Shown here piece after piece: positions 53,201-63,536 of a stretch of DNA of 64,000 nt. Under the pieces are notes generated by a model that did not search any database, was not told where the DNA came from, and saw only the letters and a list, made by a program, of their open reading frames with translations. Source of the stretch: Saccostrea echinata (Eukaryota); contig NW_026889760.1 of assembly GCF_033153115.1 (NCBI RefSeq), forward strand, positions 3,410,001-3,474,000. The letters run 5' to 3'. Position 1 is the stretch's first letter, and every line of letters begins with the position of its first letter. Position numbers and translations under genes: made by a program.

Positions 53201-53487
53201 TTATCATTTGAAAGGTTATTTTCAACAAATAAGATTGACTTAACAAATCGAAATATACAACGATTGTCATAATAGTAATTTTTATTTCGTCGTTTTTAAC
53301 CAACAAATGGTACATAAATAATTGTAAAACATAAACCTTTCTCAATCCATATTGGTTCGGTACACAGCCATCCAATCCGGTCGTATTCGTCATGTAAACA
53401 ATGGAAGTTCTCCGAAGGAATACAAGCCGACATTGCTGCCTTCTCCCAATGTTCATATGGACACAGTCTTAAACTTGTGTTTAACAT
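37126..53487 (-). CDS. Gene B: spliced receptor-like protein with Cys-rich ectodomain, TM helix and cytoplasmic STAND (nSTAND3-like) NTPase; exons 53487-53337, 53164-53060, 52590-52560, 44354-44209, 38282-37126
   Basis: All four introns are GT-AG and the phases chain correctly (1,1,2,1). Exons of 151+105+31+146+1157 = 1590 nt give 529 aa plus stop. The same exon sizes or phases recur in paralogs A and C. The first (signal peptide) exon is unresolved. Confidence 0.85.
38850..39370 (+). mobile_element. Penelope-like retroelement remnant in the last intron of gene B
   Basis: [38 protein letters not shown]...YDK...[27 protein letters not shown], with frameshifts. Confidence 0.8.
40215..42293. 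mobile_element. TA-flanked MITE with 21-bp subterminal tandem repeats
   Basis: TA|CGGAAGCGTATTAGTGCCA ... TGGCACTAATACGCTTCCA|TA; (TTACACTTTAATCTGTAAAAT)n on the left and its reverse complement on the right. Confidence 0.8.
40843..41873. mobile_element. 1.0-kb CGCAG...CTGCG element, copy 2, nested in a TA-MITE
   Basis: End-to-end similarity to 20518-21537; TA on both sides. Confidence 0.85.
42688..44161 (+). mobile_element. Internally deleted mariner element with a nested Helentron-type insertion
   Basis: TA|CGAGGGG..AAAGTTCGCAAACTA ... TAGTTCGCAAACTTT..CCCTCG|TA; remnants [21 protein letters not shown] and HPSYCPDL. Confidence 0.8.
43389..44072 (+). mobile_element. Helitron/Helentron-type non-autonomous element with a ~130-147 bp tandem array
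   Basis: Starts AACAAGATGTGTTTG..CACGGATGCCCCCG; 4-5 units of GGTACCCAA.GAAAGGTCTTGTCACAAGGAATACACATGTGAAATATGAAAGCCCTAG...AAGGTCAAGGTCAAA. Confidence 0.65.
44209..44354 (-). CDS. Gene B stalk + transmembrane exon ([48 protein letters not shown])
   Basis: Acceptor ttctattgatag| and donor |gtaagt. 146 nt, phase 2 to 1, matching both neighbours. About 22 hydrophobic residues followed by RRR. Not in the ORF track. Confidence 0.85.
44997..45059. repeat. (TA)n microsatellite
   Basis: Seen directly. Other tracts: poly-T 991-1018, (CA)n 5714-5799, (TA)n(GA)n 13161-13205, (CT)n 50230-50274. Confidence 0.95.
45067..47007. mobile_element. CMC/EnSpm-like non-autonomous element with CCAACGTTGG subterminal palindromes
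   Basis: TIR CCCAGATAGCATG / CATGCTATCTGGG; 2-bp TSD AC. Confidence 0.8.
47008..47427. mobile_element. pogo/Tigger-like MITE whose left TIR is split by the EnSpm-like insertion
   Basis: TATAGTAAAAC (45056-45066) + TCGTTTAGTACGAAC rebuilds a CAGTAAAACTCG-type end; GATATAACGAA repeats; the right end falls in the N gap. Confidence 0.6.
47428..47559. other. Assembly gap (N run) inside the third identified intron of gene B
   Basis: Run of N. Confidence 1.
48418..52057 (+). mobile_element. Helentron-type (HINE/DINE-1-like) composite element with internal tandem repeats
   Basis: 5' AACTAGATGCTGTC..AATACCCGC; 3' (GGAC)n then stem-loop ATACCCGAACTTTC-TTTA-GAAAGTGCGGGTAT. ~165-bp repeats at 51670-51960 and ~150/295-bp repeats at 51040-51670. 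Confidence 0.6.
50720..50897. mobile_element. Short Tigger-like MITE
   Basis: TA|CAGTAAAACACGCTTAT ... ATAAGCATGCTTTACTG|TG. Confidence 0.65.
52560..52590 (-). CDS. Gene B 31-nt micro-exon ([11 protein letters not shown])
   Basis: ttcttgttag|...|gtaagt; same length and phase as the paralogous exon 6705-6735. Confidence 0.75.
53060..53164 (-). CDS. Gene B Cys-rich ectodomain exon ([35 protein letters not shown])
   Basis: aaatag|...|gtaagt; 105 nt, phase 1 to 1; paralog at 7196-7300. Confidence 0.85.
   Translation of the reverse strand, partial: EDALFTILGPKSWILFPAIQTTVPQGITDRIMLI
53337..53487 (-). CDS. Gene B Cys-rich ectodomain exon ([50 protein letters not shown])
   Basis: aaaataag|ATG...AAAG|gtttat; 151 nt, phase 0 to 1; 45/50 aa identical to the paralog at 7476-7626. 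Confidence 0.85.
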
Positions 53488-53980
53488 CTTATTTTACTTG
53501 TAAATTGCAAACGTTAATTTTTGATCGGCTAGTAAAAAGATCGATGCACCTAATAACAATCAGTTTGCTAAAGATCATTGACTGAATTGCATACACATTT
53601 AAATCCAGCATTTTATCGCTTACGTGTGTGTAACACAATCGATAAACTAAACAATTTTATTGCATGGGTTTAATATGCTTTTTCAAACGATTTAATGTGT
53701 AACAAACATTGAGCTAGATTTTGCTTCGTATTCATGTTAGGTAGTTTTCGTCTGTGAATATTTTCGAATCTCCTTATTTCTTAAATAAAGCAAAAGCCTG
53801 TAAATGTAGTTTAAGAATAAATACTGAAATACATGTACAGTATATAACACTATGACGAAAGTTCATCGATCTGCAATACACTATAAAATTGCAAGGTTTG
53901 TTCAAAATGTGTTTACCAGAAGAAAACGAGCAAGGTTTGAAACATTTTTATGTACAAGGACTGTTGAAACATTCTATTCA

Positions 53981-54788
53981 TAGACTGGCTTGCCAGTCTG
54001 ATATGCGCGATATACAGACAGGTGATCAGTAATGTAAAGAGCCCTCTGCTGGTCGCGCTCATTGGCTGATAAAAACTCTCGCTGACGTAGAAATTTAAAT
54101 GTGTCGGGGAAACCAAAATAGATCACAGAGTGCAGAGATCGTTACCTCAAATTCTCCAAGCGTACAAATACTGCATTGGAAAAAAATAAACCGTGAGGGA
54201 TGTTTTGAAACAAATCATAAAAGTATTGACACTAATTTTTCGAAAAATTCTGCATATATTCCGTTTTCAATACATACTTTTTAAAAGTTCTCTCCATTTG
54301 CTTTTGATGCAATCAATCTAACACGGTCACAATACTTTATCGTACAATACAAATATTCCTTTTTTCAGATTTTGTTTAACACAAGTGTTAACATATATAC
54401 TATATATTTAGTATAGGCCTATAATAAAGGTCCCTAATTTCACTCACACCTTTCGCTTCGCCTGAAGGTATTTTAATTAGATTGCGAAGCTCCTATCACA
54501 TTACATACCATACATTACTTGGATAAAAGAAAACTGCAACATTTGTTAATTGAAAGTGACACATTTTAAACATTCATCCGTTTAGGATAATCAGAGACAT
54601 ATAATCCCTCTATTATATGTCTCTGGGATGACTCACTGACTCAGCAGATAGTTTATTGTGATTATTTCCCATTCCAGAGCGTAGAGCAGCGGCGATAGAT
54701 GGCGCATCAATCAAGTTAGGAATTCCTGGCTTATATGGCGGTAGTCACCTGTCTCTTTCGAACGATAGAGACAGGCAATACCAGTCTA
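53981..54788. mobile_element. TAG...CTA non-autonomous element with 9-bp TSD (AcademH- or Mutator-like)
   Basis: TIR TAGACTGGCTTGCCAGTCT / AGACAGGCAATACCAGTCTA; flanks TTCTATTCA/TTTTATTCA; absent in the gene C intron. Confidence 0.7.
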
Positions 54789-56040
54789 TTTTATTCATTC
54801 ATCTGTCTAGTTTACGTCTTTTACCAAACTCCAAAAAGCATTTACAAATAAAGTAAGATACGTTTCAGAAATATGTGATTTTTTTATTAAATGATATATA
54901 TTGACCTATCGGTGGTTAGGGTATACAAAATAGTCACGAAAGTAGATGTTGAATATCTGCAAGTGTGTACTAAGACGCGATGGACACATATATTTTACTA
55001 TGGAGCTCTGCAGTTCCACATTGGAGTCAATGACGTCATCCATAACCATAAAATACGGACACGCCTTATATAATGATGATTGAACAGAAGGCCATTGACT
55101 TTTTAGTCCCGGTGACGTCAGTAGGTATAGCATTCTTCGCCAATAGCTCATAGAAATGTATACAATGGAATATTAAAAAGAGTATATGATGTAAGAGAAT
55201 TTCCTGATAATAGGAAATACAGACATTTTCCTCAGTAGTCACAGAACAAAGCAAAGTTGCCACTTCATTGCAATACTGATAAAAATCCTCTGTCACTCTC
55301 TGTAAGCTACAACATTTCCACAGCCACCTACCGCATATCCACAGTATGCCACGGTACGTCTGCTCTGTATCTATAGTAATTCTTAGTAAGCCACGGTACT
55401 GTTATCTACATTTGGCACCAGGATGCCTACAATTACGTAAAAGTAACCTATGGTATGCCACAGTATATGCCCCGAAGCGAAACGGGGGAAATACACAATG
55501 TTTCAGGACAATAAAGTTTTTACAGTTGATCTTATTTATCACTAAAATTATTTGTTAGAATAATACATGTAGTTTGTTTCATAATCCTTGATTTAAAGCA
55601 ATGAATGCTTGCATCTCTTAGTCGGTGAATGTTTACCGGGAATGTGTAATATTAATGTTCCTTGGATAAATAGAAACATTAAGCATTCCAAGCATTATCA
55701 TGTGAAATGAATGATAAGTATGTCATGGATGAAAAAATAATTAATGAATTAAATGAATAAATAAAGAAATTCTATCAAGTTCCAGTCAAAAGAGAATGGA
55801 CCGGTTGTTTATCAGACTGCGGGTCTTCGGTGTATAATGGACATAGTCAGAGGCGTTTAGAAGGTTGCATTTTATTTCTGGAATATCTTTAAAACTCTAC
55901 GTTTCAGATATCAGATATCAGGTATCGTATCAGATATTTTCTATTTCTTTTATTTCCGGCAAAAAAGAGTAGTAATTCATTGCATTGGAATCTTGCTGTA
56001 ATAATTCTGTAATAATTAATAAAGAAATAAATCATTGATA

Positions 56041-57980
56041 GGGTAGAGTGGGGTAATTTCGACCACTTTTGCTGATTTGTGGCTTTCAATCCACAAAACA
56101 CGACTGCTTTCAAATGTACTAGTTTAAAAAAGATTCGGAATAAATTACATTGATTTTTTTTTCTTCATATTTTTCTGCTTTGGTAGTTAAAATGCATAAA
56201 AAATAATGAATTGGTTTAAAAATAGGTTAGCATGTTGCATGGGTTAATTTCGACCGGACTTGGGGGTAATTTCGACCACAACAAACATCAAAAAGAAAGA
56301 TAACTCTTGCAATGAAAGTAAACTCTACCTGTCGCATTTTATTCAAAATTATGGTCCGAGAAACTATATTGCCCTATTTAGAATATACGTGTATCTATCT
56401 CTATCTCTCTCAATAAAAAGATTAAAATGGGTAAGTACTAGTATATCCATACAGTTAAGAAATGAGTTGGGTTACTTAAGCTTTTCAATACCGTTTTACA
56501 GACATCTTAATTCTCATTCTTTATTCTAAATTCTGCTTTTAATTCGCCAACTCTATATTTTAAAATTGTGATATATACTTATGCAAATAGATAAAATTTT
56601 CTCAGATTCCACAAATAATTTCTTTATGATTTTTAAATTGTCCAACCCAAAAGGAATTTTATTTAATATCGTCTTTTCACAACAGAATCATTCAGATTGT
56701 ATATATCTGTATAAGGTTTGAGCATAGCATTGGAATTACGTATATTTTTCTTCACTAATTTTTACCACATACACATTCATTTGGAATGCGTTGTATTACG
56801 TATTTTACGTGTTTTGTTCATTCTTAAAAGAGATAGATCCTGAGAAATTCGATCAAGTCAATTAAATAAAGATTTACGGAAGCAAAGTCCTCTGAACCCC
56901 CCCCCCCCCCCCCGGAACAAAAAACAAACTCAAACAAATCATTTATTTCGTATAACATCATAGTGGGGTTTTTTTTTGTTTCAAGATTGTTGTAGCTCTT
57001 TTGGTGTGTTGTTCTGATATTTTGGGTACTATTTGGATTTGTGTTTGACTGTGTGATACGATCTAAATACGACTGGTTCGTTGGTTTTCGATAGCCTCAG
57101 TCTTATCCGTCCAAGTTTACGCATTCGTAATAATGAAAAAAAATTTACAAAAACCTGATTTTTTTTTAACTTATATTTAATATTGCCTGCACCCCCTCTT
57201 TTGTTAATTTGACGGGTTTGAAAACTTTTGGATTGCTCTCGTCATGTGTTAATTCAAAGCCAGTGCCGACTCCGTGTTCTCTCGCACGTCGATCAGTGAT
57301 GCACCCTCGTGAATGGCCCGGACAATATTTATAGCAGGCATGCATATGATAATTAATCTGACATATTTTTTTTTTAATATAAAAGGTTATATGTAGATAA
57401 TATTGTACATATAAAGTATAATCATTTTTTTAAAGATCTAACTCTGCATTGCATTAAACAGCTGTTAAAGACAACTTATACATATTTCAGAATAAGTGGT
57501 CGAATTTACCCCGCGTCCTTAAAATCAGTAGGGGTAATTTCGACCAATATCAAATGGAGGTTTCTTGTGCATTTTGAGAGAAATCCAAGATAAATTTGTC
57601 AAATTCTGCAACTTAAAGATATTCCAAGAAAAAATAAAACAATTTTTATTTAATTCGTGCTGTAGACTGCTGAACAAGGTTAAACTGAAATAGAGGTTGT
57701 ATGAGTTGTCTCTCTTGCATTTCCTTGATCAAATCAAGTGCACTGAAGACGGAGACTTCGAGCGTCAAACTGGAAACATAAATAATAGTAAAAATATTAT
57801 TCATATCTCTGATCAAGCCATATTTGCGATGAATAATTATACTAGGACACACAATTTGAGGAATAGTTTTCTATAATTACGAATAAATTAAACTTGTCTC
57901 AACACTACCGTAGATCTTTGTGTGGTGCTGTGTTCCTGTGGTCGAAATTAAACGGTGGTCGAAATTACCCTGACTTACCC
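56041..57980. mobile_element. TA-flanked pogo-like non-autonomous element
   Basis: TA|GGGTAGAGTGGGGTAATTTCGACCAC ... GTGGTCGAAATTACCCTGACTTACCC|TA; internal GGGTAATTTCGACC repeats; empty site CATTGATAAATGT near 9674 and 23439. Confidence 0.85.
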
Positions 57981-59417
57981 TACATGTAATATCTCATTGA
58001 TAAGTTTTGCACAGACTTATAATTAAGTGTAAAAAGTACACTGTAAAACGCTTCTTAACAGGGACACATAGATAAACTCGACTATACTATATCAAGTTTC
58101 ACGGACATAACTAACAAATCATGCAAGCATTTTGCTATGCTAGGAAAAAATATATTAGATTATTACATGGCCAGTGCCTTGGATAGATATTTGGCGTTTC
58201 GACGGACAGATACTTGAAGTACAAGCATAGAAGACATTTCAAATCATGCATACTATTATACTAATTAGTTCTGTTTGACAATGTGGCTTAAATAAATGTT
58301 ATATTTAGATCCTCCTCAAAATATTACTTTTATCTCCCCTTCATTGTAAGCATAAGGAAACTTAAATTTTCACTTAGCTAACATAAAAGGTGTCCTAAAA
58401 TTGCTGGAAAATTAGAAAAACAAATGCCAGGCTTAACGAAAATAAAAAAAAATACCAGAAATGTTGAACATAATCAAATGCACCAGTTTATCAATTCTGT
58501 TGATTACTCAAAACACTTTACTTATATTGAAATGCAAGTTTTCATTGATTTAATTTTTTTCTGACAAATCAGCTAACCATAGAAGGAGCAAAACGAAGAG
58601 TTGGAGACCATCTGTCATAACAAACTAATTAATGACACAAGTCCTAAAGCGGTTATATTTACCAAATGATGCACGTCCGACTTTAAGAGATATTTTATGT
58701 ATATTTGACACTTGAATAGCAACGCACACAAGTTTGCAAAGAGGAGGGGGGGGGGGGTAAAAATGGAGATAATTTGTCCGTATTTGGTTCTTAGAACGCA
58801 ATGAAGTCCCGTTCGTTTCAATGTGAAAAAAATAACGCTGAATAATGTTAACTTAGGTCGCAGGTTTGCTGACGTTGTTAAAACTAGGTTCACAGTTGAT
58901 ATGAATTGAAAACTTTTTTGTGCACATTTGATTACGACATCACAATGAGAAAGAAAGCTTCAGTATAAATATTTAGATATATAACTTGTGGTGTAATTGT
59001 GGTGTAACCTTTTTTTCTTATTTACTTGTCAGAAAAAAATTAACTAGAGTTTTTATCTCTATTTAGATATATAACTTTCGGTGTAATTGGCGATAATTCA
59101 TTTTCTTACTTGTCAGAAAAAATGAACTAGATTTTTTCTCTCTAATTAATATTTTCCCCCATTTTTTGCAAGAAAACAGTTTTTTAATCACCCTAAGGAT
59201 GCCACACTTGCACGCTACCCGTTCCCCCTCTATCTTAGTAGACAGTTAAGAGCCCGCTTAATACAAGTACGTTTCAAACAAGACACATTGTTACCCTACC
59301 AATACGTATGTGCATTTAAGACATCTAAATTATGCATTAAATATGTAGAAACATAAATTTCTTTCTTTTTATTTGATATTTTTTCTACACTGTATATCAG
59401 ACCCATATTCACATCGT

Positions 59418-59698
59418 TTGTTTGTTTGTTTGTATGTTGTTTAACGTCCCTCTCGAGAATTTTTCACTCATATGAAGATGCCACAACTTGCAGGTTGAGA
59501 GCTACAAATTTTGACCTATGCTCGGCACTTAGGGCCATTGAGCAGTGAGGGATCTTTTTCATGCCAGCACCTACTGTGACACGGGACCTCGGTTTATACG
59601 GTCTCTTCCGAAGGACCGGTCTCCACGTCCCATAGTGGATCAACTCCTTACTCCGAGACTCTGGAGCAGACGCTCTACCACTGTGCCACGCGGGCGAC
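59418..59698 (-). mobile_element. Same SINE family, minus strand, with a small deletion spanning the B box
   Basis: Reverse-complement similarity; perfect 12-bp TSD TATTCACATCGT. Confidence 0.9.
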
Positions 59699-61022
59699 TA
59701 TTCACATCGTCAAGCGTGACGTACGGATAGTTTATAGCGTCATTCTTACAAATTTTTAAATGGATAAGCAATTATCCGCAGTTAAATTACAAGAAACTAA
59801 CCCAAAGACATTTTCTTACATATATTTATTTGAAATCATCTCTATGCTAAATGATCAGAGTTGGAGTAATTTCGTCTGCCCCATTTAAAAGTTATCGACA
59901 TTTTTTGAAATGAAATCCGTCTGAAAACAAGTTTTAAAAAACGATGTTTTTCCAATAAAATTCGAGAGAATAACATTGAAAATGTTACATCAACAAAGGC
60001 AAGTTTATGATTTAATTACACACAAACGATGCAGATGTTTCACAGATTTTTCAGAGAATGTAAAATAAGTAGGGGTTTTGTATCAGTAATTTTCATATTA
60101 TGTTTTAGGGCAATTTTAAAAGGGCTGCAACCCCGTGACCTAACTTAAAATGACGTGATTATCTCTGCGGAGTGTTCCAGCCATTAAACATATCAAATTT
60201 TAGAATTTCACCGGGACTTATCTAATGATGCTCGGTGTTGAGATTTGATTCTTCACTTTTGCTAGGTTTTGACGTCAAACTTGAAAATCTTTTTTACTAA
60301 TTGAAATCTAGCTGTAAATTTGTCTATATGATCATTAACTCTTACCCCTCAAGCAAATTTCATGGTCCTAGAGCCAATAGTTTATGCCTTAGTACGGGGC
60401 TAGTTGGTTATATGGAACATTTTACACCATTGAAAATCTTTCTTTGCTTATGAAGATCCAGCGGGCAGATAGTTTTCCTGGTTGTAATGACTAGTAAGCC
60501 CTTTGCTTCAAGAGGCAGACACCGACATGAAGCTAGTATATAATTAAACATGTATATTAAAATTATCTGTACAGAGTACTTTTACATATCTTCTGAACTT
60601 CTGAAATTTTCTGTATAGTGTACTTTTCCATAGCTTCGCTTCTTCTGATCTCGTTGGAGACAAGTAGAATGACTGATAATAATTAGCGAATCCATATCAA
60701 ACTGTAAATATTTGTGACATGAGCTCAGCGTTGCATTTTGGTGTTGGGCCAAGTAGCCATTAATTGAGAAACTTATTATACTCAGGTCAAGGCTCATAAA
60801 GCCTCTTGATTTCTTGTAATTGCTATCACTAAGTATGCGACTTTACAGACATGATTATTGTTTTAAAACAATAGGTTAATTGAACATTCAACGAAGTATA
60901 ATTTGTATTATTGTTTTGCGTTTCAGGGATATACCCTGTTAAATTCAATTTATTTGTTTGTTTTTTTAATTTCAGGCACAAAAATAAGATACGAAAGATT
61001 TTTTTTCCAAATAGTTCCTCAA

Positions 61023-62158
61023 TCACACCTTAACGAAAAACGTCGAGTGTTGGCTTAGATCTTTTGGAAATTTCTCTCTTTGAACCGTTAATCTTTTCCA
61101 CAAGTTTTCACTTACGTACTCTTTAAATTCTGTGATGGTTTCTGTATTATTTTCGAAGACTATTACAAATACCAATTTTCTCACAATATTAAGTTGAAAT
61201 CTATAGTTTCCATCAGCTTCTTTTCTGATGTATTTGGTTTCCAATGATGAGAGACTATGGTCGTCTTTCTTTAAATAAAACTCTGTTACCTCATCTTTAG
61301 GGAATAAAATAGTTGCAAGACACTGGATCATTCTTTCATCTATATTTTCGACATTCAAAGTTCCACCACAAAGGGCCATCACAGCCAGTGAGAAGAACAT
61401 TTTCCTTTCTTGTAATTTGTCAGAATCACGTAGACGATGTATTTCACTTTTGATTCTCGTTATTGGACATGAAAGAAATGTGTTTGCTAGGTTCAGATCA
61501 AATTGTTTTCGAGCTTTACAAATCCATGCAATACAAGATGGATATCCGATTAGATCACACTTTGCAGTATCCACTATAGTTGATTTGACTCTATTTCTCA
61601 TGTACAACTCTCCACTTAAGGCATTTTCTTCGTCTTTAATACAATTTTTTTTCAAATGGTGATTTAAAATGTCTTCTCTTTCCGCCTTGCTTAAGGTATC
61701 TAAATCAACTATTGAATTTAAAAAATCATCTTCATTTAAACTTTCAGAGTGTTTATTCAATACGTATGATGGTACCGTGACAATGACATAAAGATCTTTC
61801 GAATTTCTGACTGTTGAAATGAGATCATTTACTATAGATATTGTTGTATTGACTTCTGCTTTTGGCTGCAATTCATAAAAAATATCGTCTAAAATCAGCA
61901 TCATTTTTTTGCTTTTAAAGCTTAAGTGTTTAATTTCATCAGTATCATTGACCCATTTTGTTTGAAGTCTGTTCTTTCCTTCAATACTCTCTGCTATATT
62001 TTTGGCTACATATGTTTTTCCAGATCCTGAGATTCCTTTTAACACAACAAAACGATTGGTATCAAGACAATTAAGTGCTGCAGGGATTGTGTCAACTGGA
62101 GTACCCATCAGAGGGAGGATGGCGCCACTTTCTTCATCATCTTGCTTATTTGTTGATT
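61023..62158 (-). CDS. Gene A terminal exon: STAND (nSTAND3-like) NTPase, paralog of gene B
   Basis: Acceptor tctgactttcag| at 62158, phase 1, reads in frame into ORF 61023-62108. Walker A GISGSGKT, Walker B MLILDDIF. Shares GYPSC.AWICK and [14 protein letters not shown] with gene B. Confidence 0.9.
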
Positions 62159-62945
62159 CTGAAAGTCAGATTTCCTATCACAATTGTTTTAAAGAATCAT
62201 ATGTATATTTTCAATTCAAATCCCAAATTCATTTTGATGTCATATATTAAAAGATTACCAGCATAATATCCAAAGTTTTATGCTTGTCAGAAAAAGAAAT
62301 GCTAGGATACATAATTATTAAAAGGCTAACAACTCAACTTTATTCGAAAGCGTAGCTTTTATATTTCAGATCTATGTTTTCAATCATTTTATAAGATGCT
62401 GATGATCTTTGTCACGCTATATACCTTTTCAGCCTTCTGACAAAGCAATAATTTTAACTATGTGTATAAAACCTTGTAGAAATTAATCAATAATTTAAAC
62501 GAACATTTTTCACCCTGTCAAGTGTCAATCTCATAACTAATACAACTTGGACGTTTAAATTTACGTTGTACTTTTACTAAAAGTCAAATTATACCATAAT
62601 AATACCATAGTAATTTTTAAGTTGGGTGTTATGTTGGCGTATTGACATGAAAGCATATCGAGCGGACGCAGCATTGTCAGTAGTAACGATGACTCCTTTT
62701 CTGGCTTTACGCACAACGGAATTTCACACGGCTAAAAGCTTACTGCAGAACTTAAAGTTAAAAATATTTTATTTTAAAAATATTGGACCAGTGAGGAGTA
62801 TTCTTCGTGTAAACACATTCTTCATAGGACCTCGGTATAAGTGGTATCCAGTTGACATGTCTCCTCGTCCCACAGTGGGACGTAAGGATCAACTCCTTGT
62901 ATGTCATATTTAACTGTTGTGGGTCTAAATAATCTTTACTGAATT

Positions 62946-63214
62946 CACAGGTACTTGTGGACAGGAACCCCCCCCCCCACCACCACCACCACCACCACCA
63001 CAACGAATATACCCCACAGGTGAAAAAATATTTTTATGTATTTTTTTCATAAATTATTCTTCTAGTGCACATTTACAATGTATTCCATAAAATAAATCCA
63101 AAAGATAACGCAGAATTAACGTTTTACTAAAAAAATCATACCCGCGGTATTTTATAATACAGCGGGTATGATTATTTAGTAAAACGTTATTTTTTCTGTC
63201 CACAAGTACCTGTG
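62946..63214. mobile_element. MITE with 19-bp TIR and internal palindrome, in the gene A intron
   Basis: CACAGGTACTTGTGGACAG / CTGTCCACAAGTACCTGTG; no clear TSD. Confidence 0.65.
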
Positions 63215-63384
63215 GCTACACACTCAAATAATTAAGAAGTGAAGAGAAGAAATAGGTGAAATATCAGAATGAAATTCTTATAGTTTACAAATTAAAGGTT
63301 GGTTGCTAATAATACGTATAATTCTTTTTCGTTTGTTCGTTTGTAACAGCTGAAAATATGTTTTAACACGTGTAATGTACTTAC

Positions 63385-63536
63385 GTTTATTTCTTTTGAT
63401 TAAGAACACAATGCCTGCTACAAGAACAAGAATCAATGGAATGGCAACACCAATAGCTATATAAAGTCCAAGGTGCGAGGCTTCGCCAACATCAGTACCA
63501 GGACTACTGGACTTTTCTGTTTCATTCTTCTTTCCA
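63385..63536 (-). CDS. Gene A stalk + transmembrane exon (GKKNETEKSSSPGTDVGEASHLGLYIAIGVAIPLILVLVAGIVFLIKRNK)
   Basis: gtgtttgtag|...|gtaagt; 152 nt, phase 2 to 1, the same phases as the gene B TM exon. Hydrophobic helix followed by KRNK. Upstream exons probably lie beyond the window. Confidence 0.85.

Larger units (their letters stand above)
52505..58125. repeat. Paralogous block matching 6670-9820 (exons, introns and upstream DNA of genes B and C)
   Basis: Direct sequence similarity, interrupted by insertions at 53981-54788 and 56041-57980. Confidence 0.85.
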
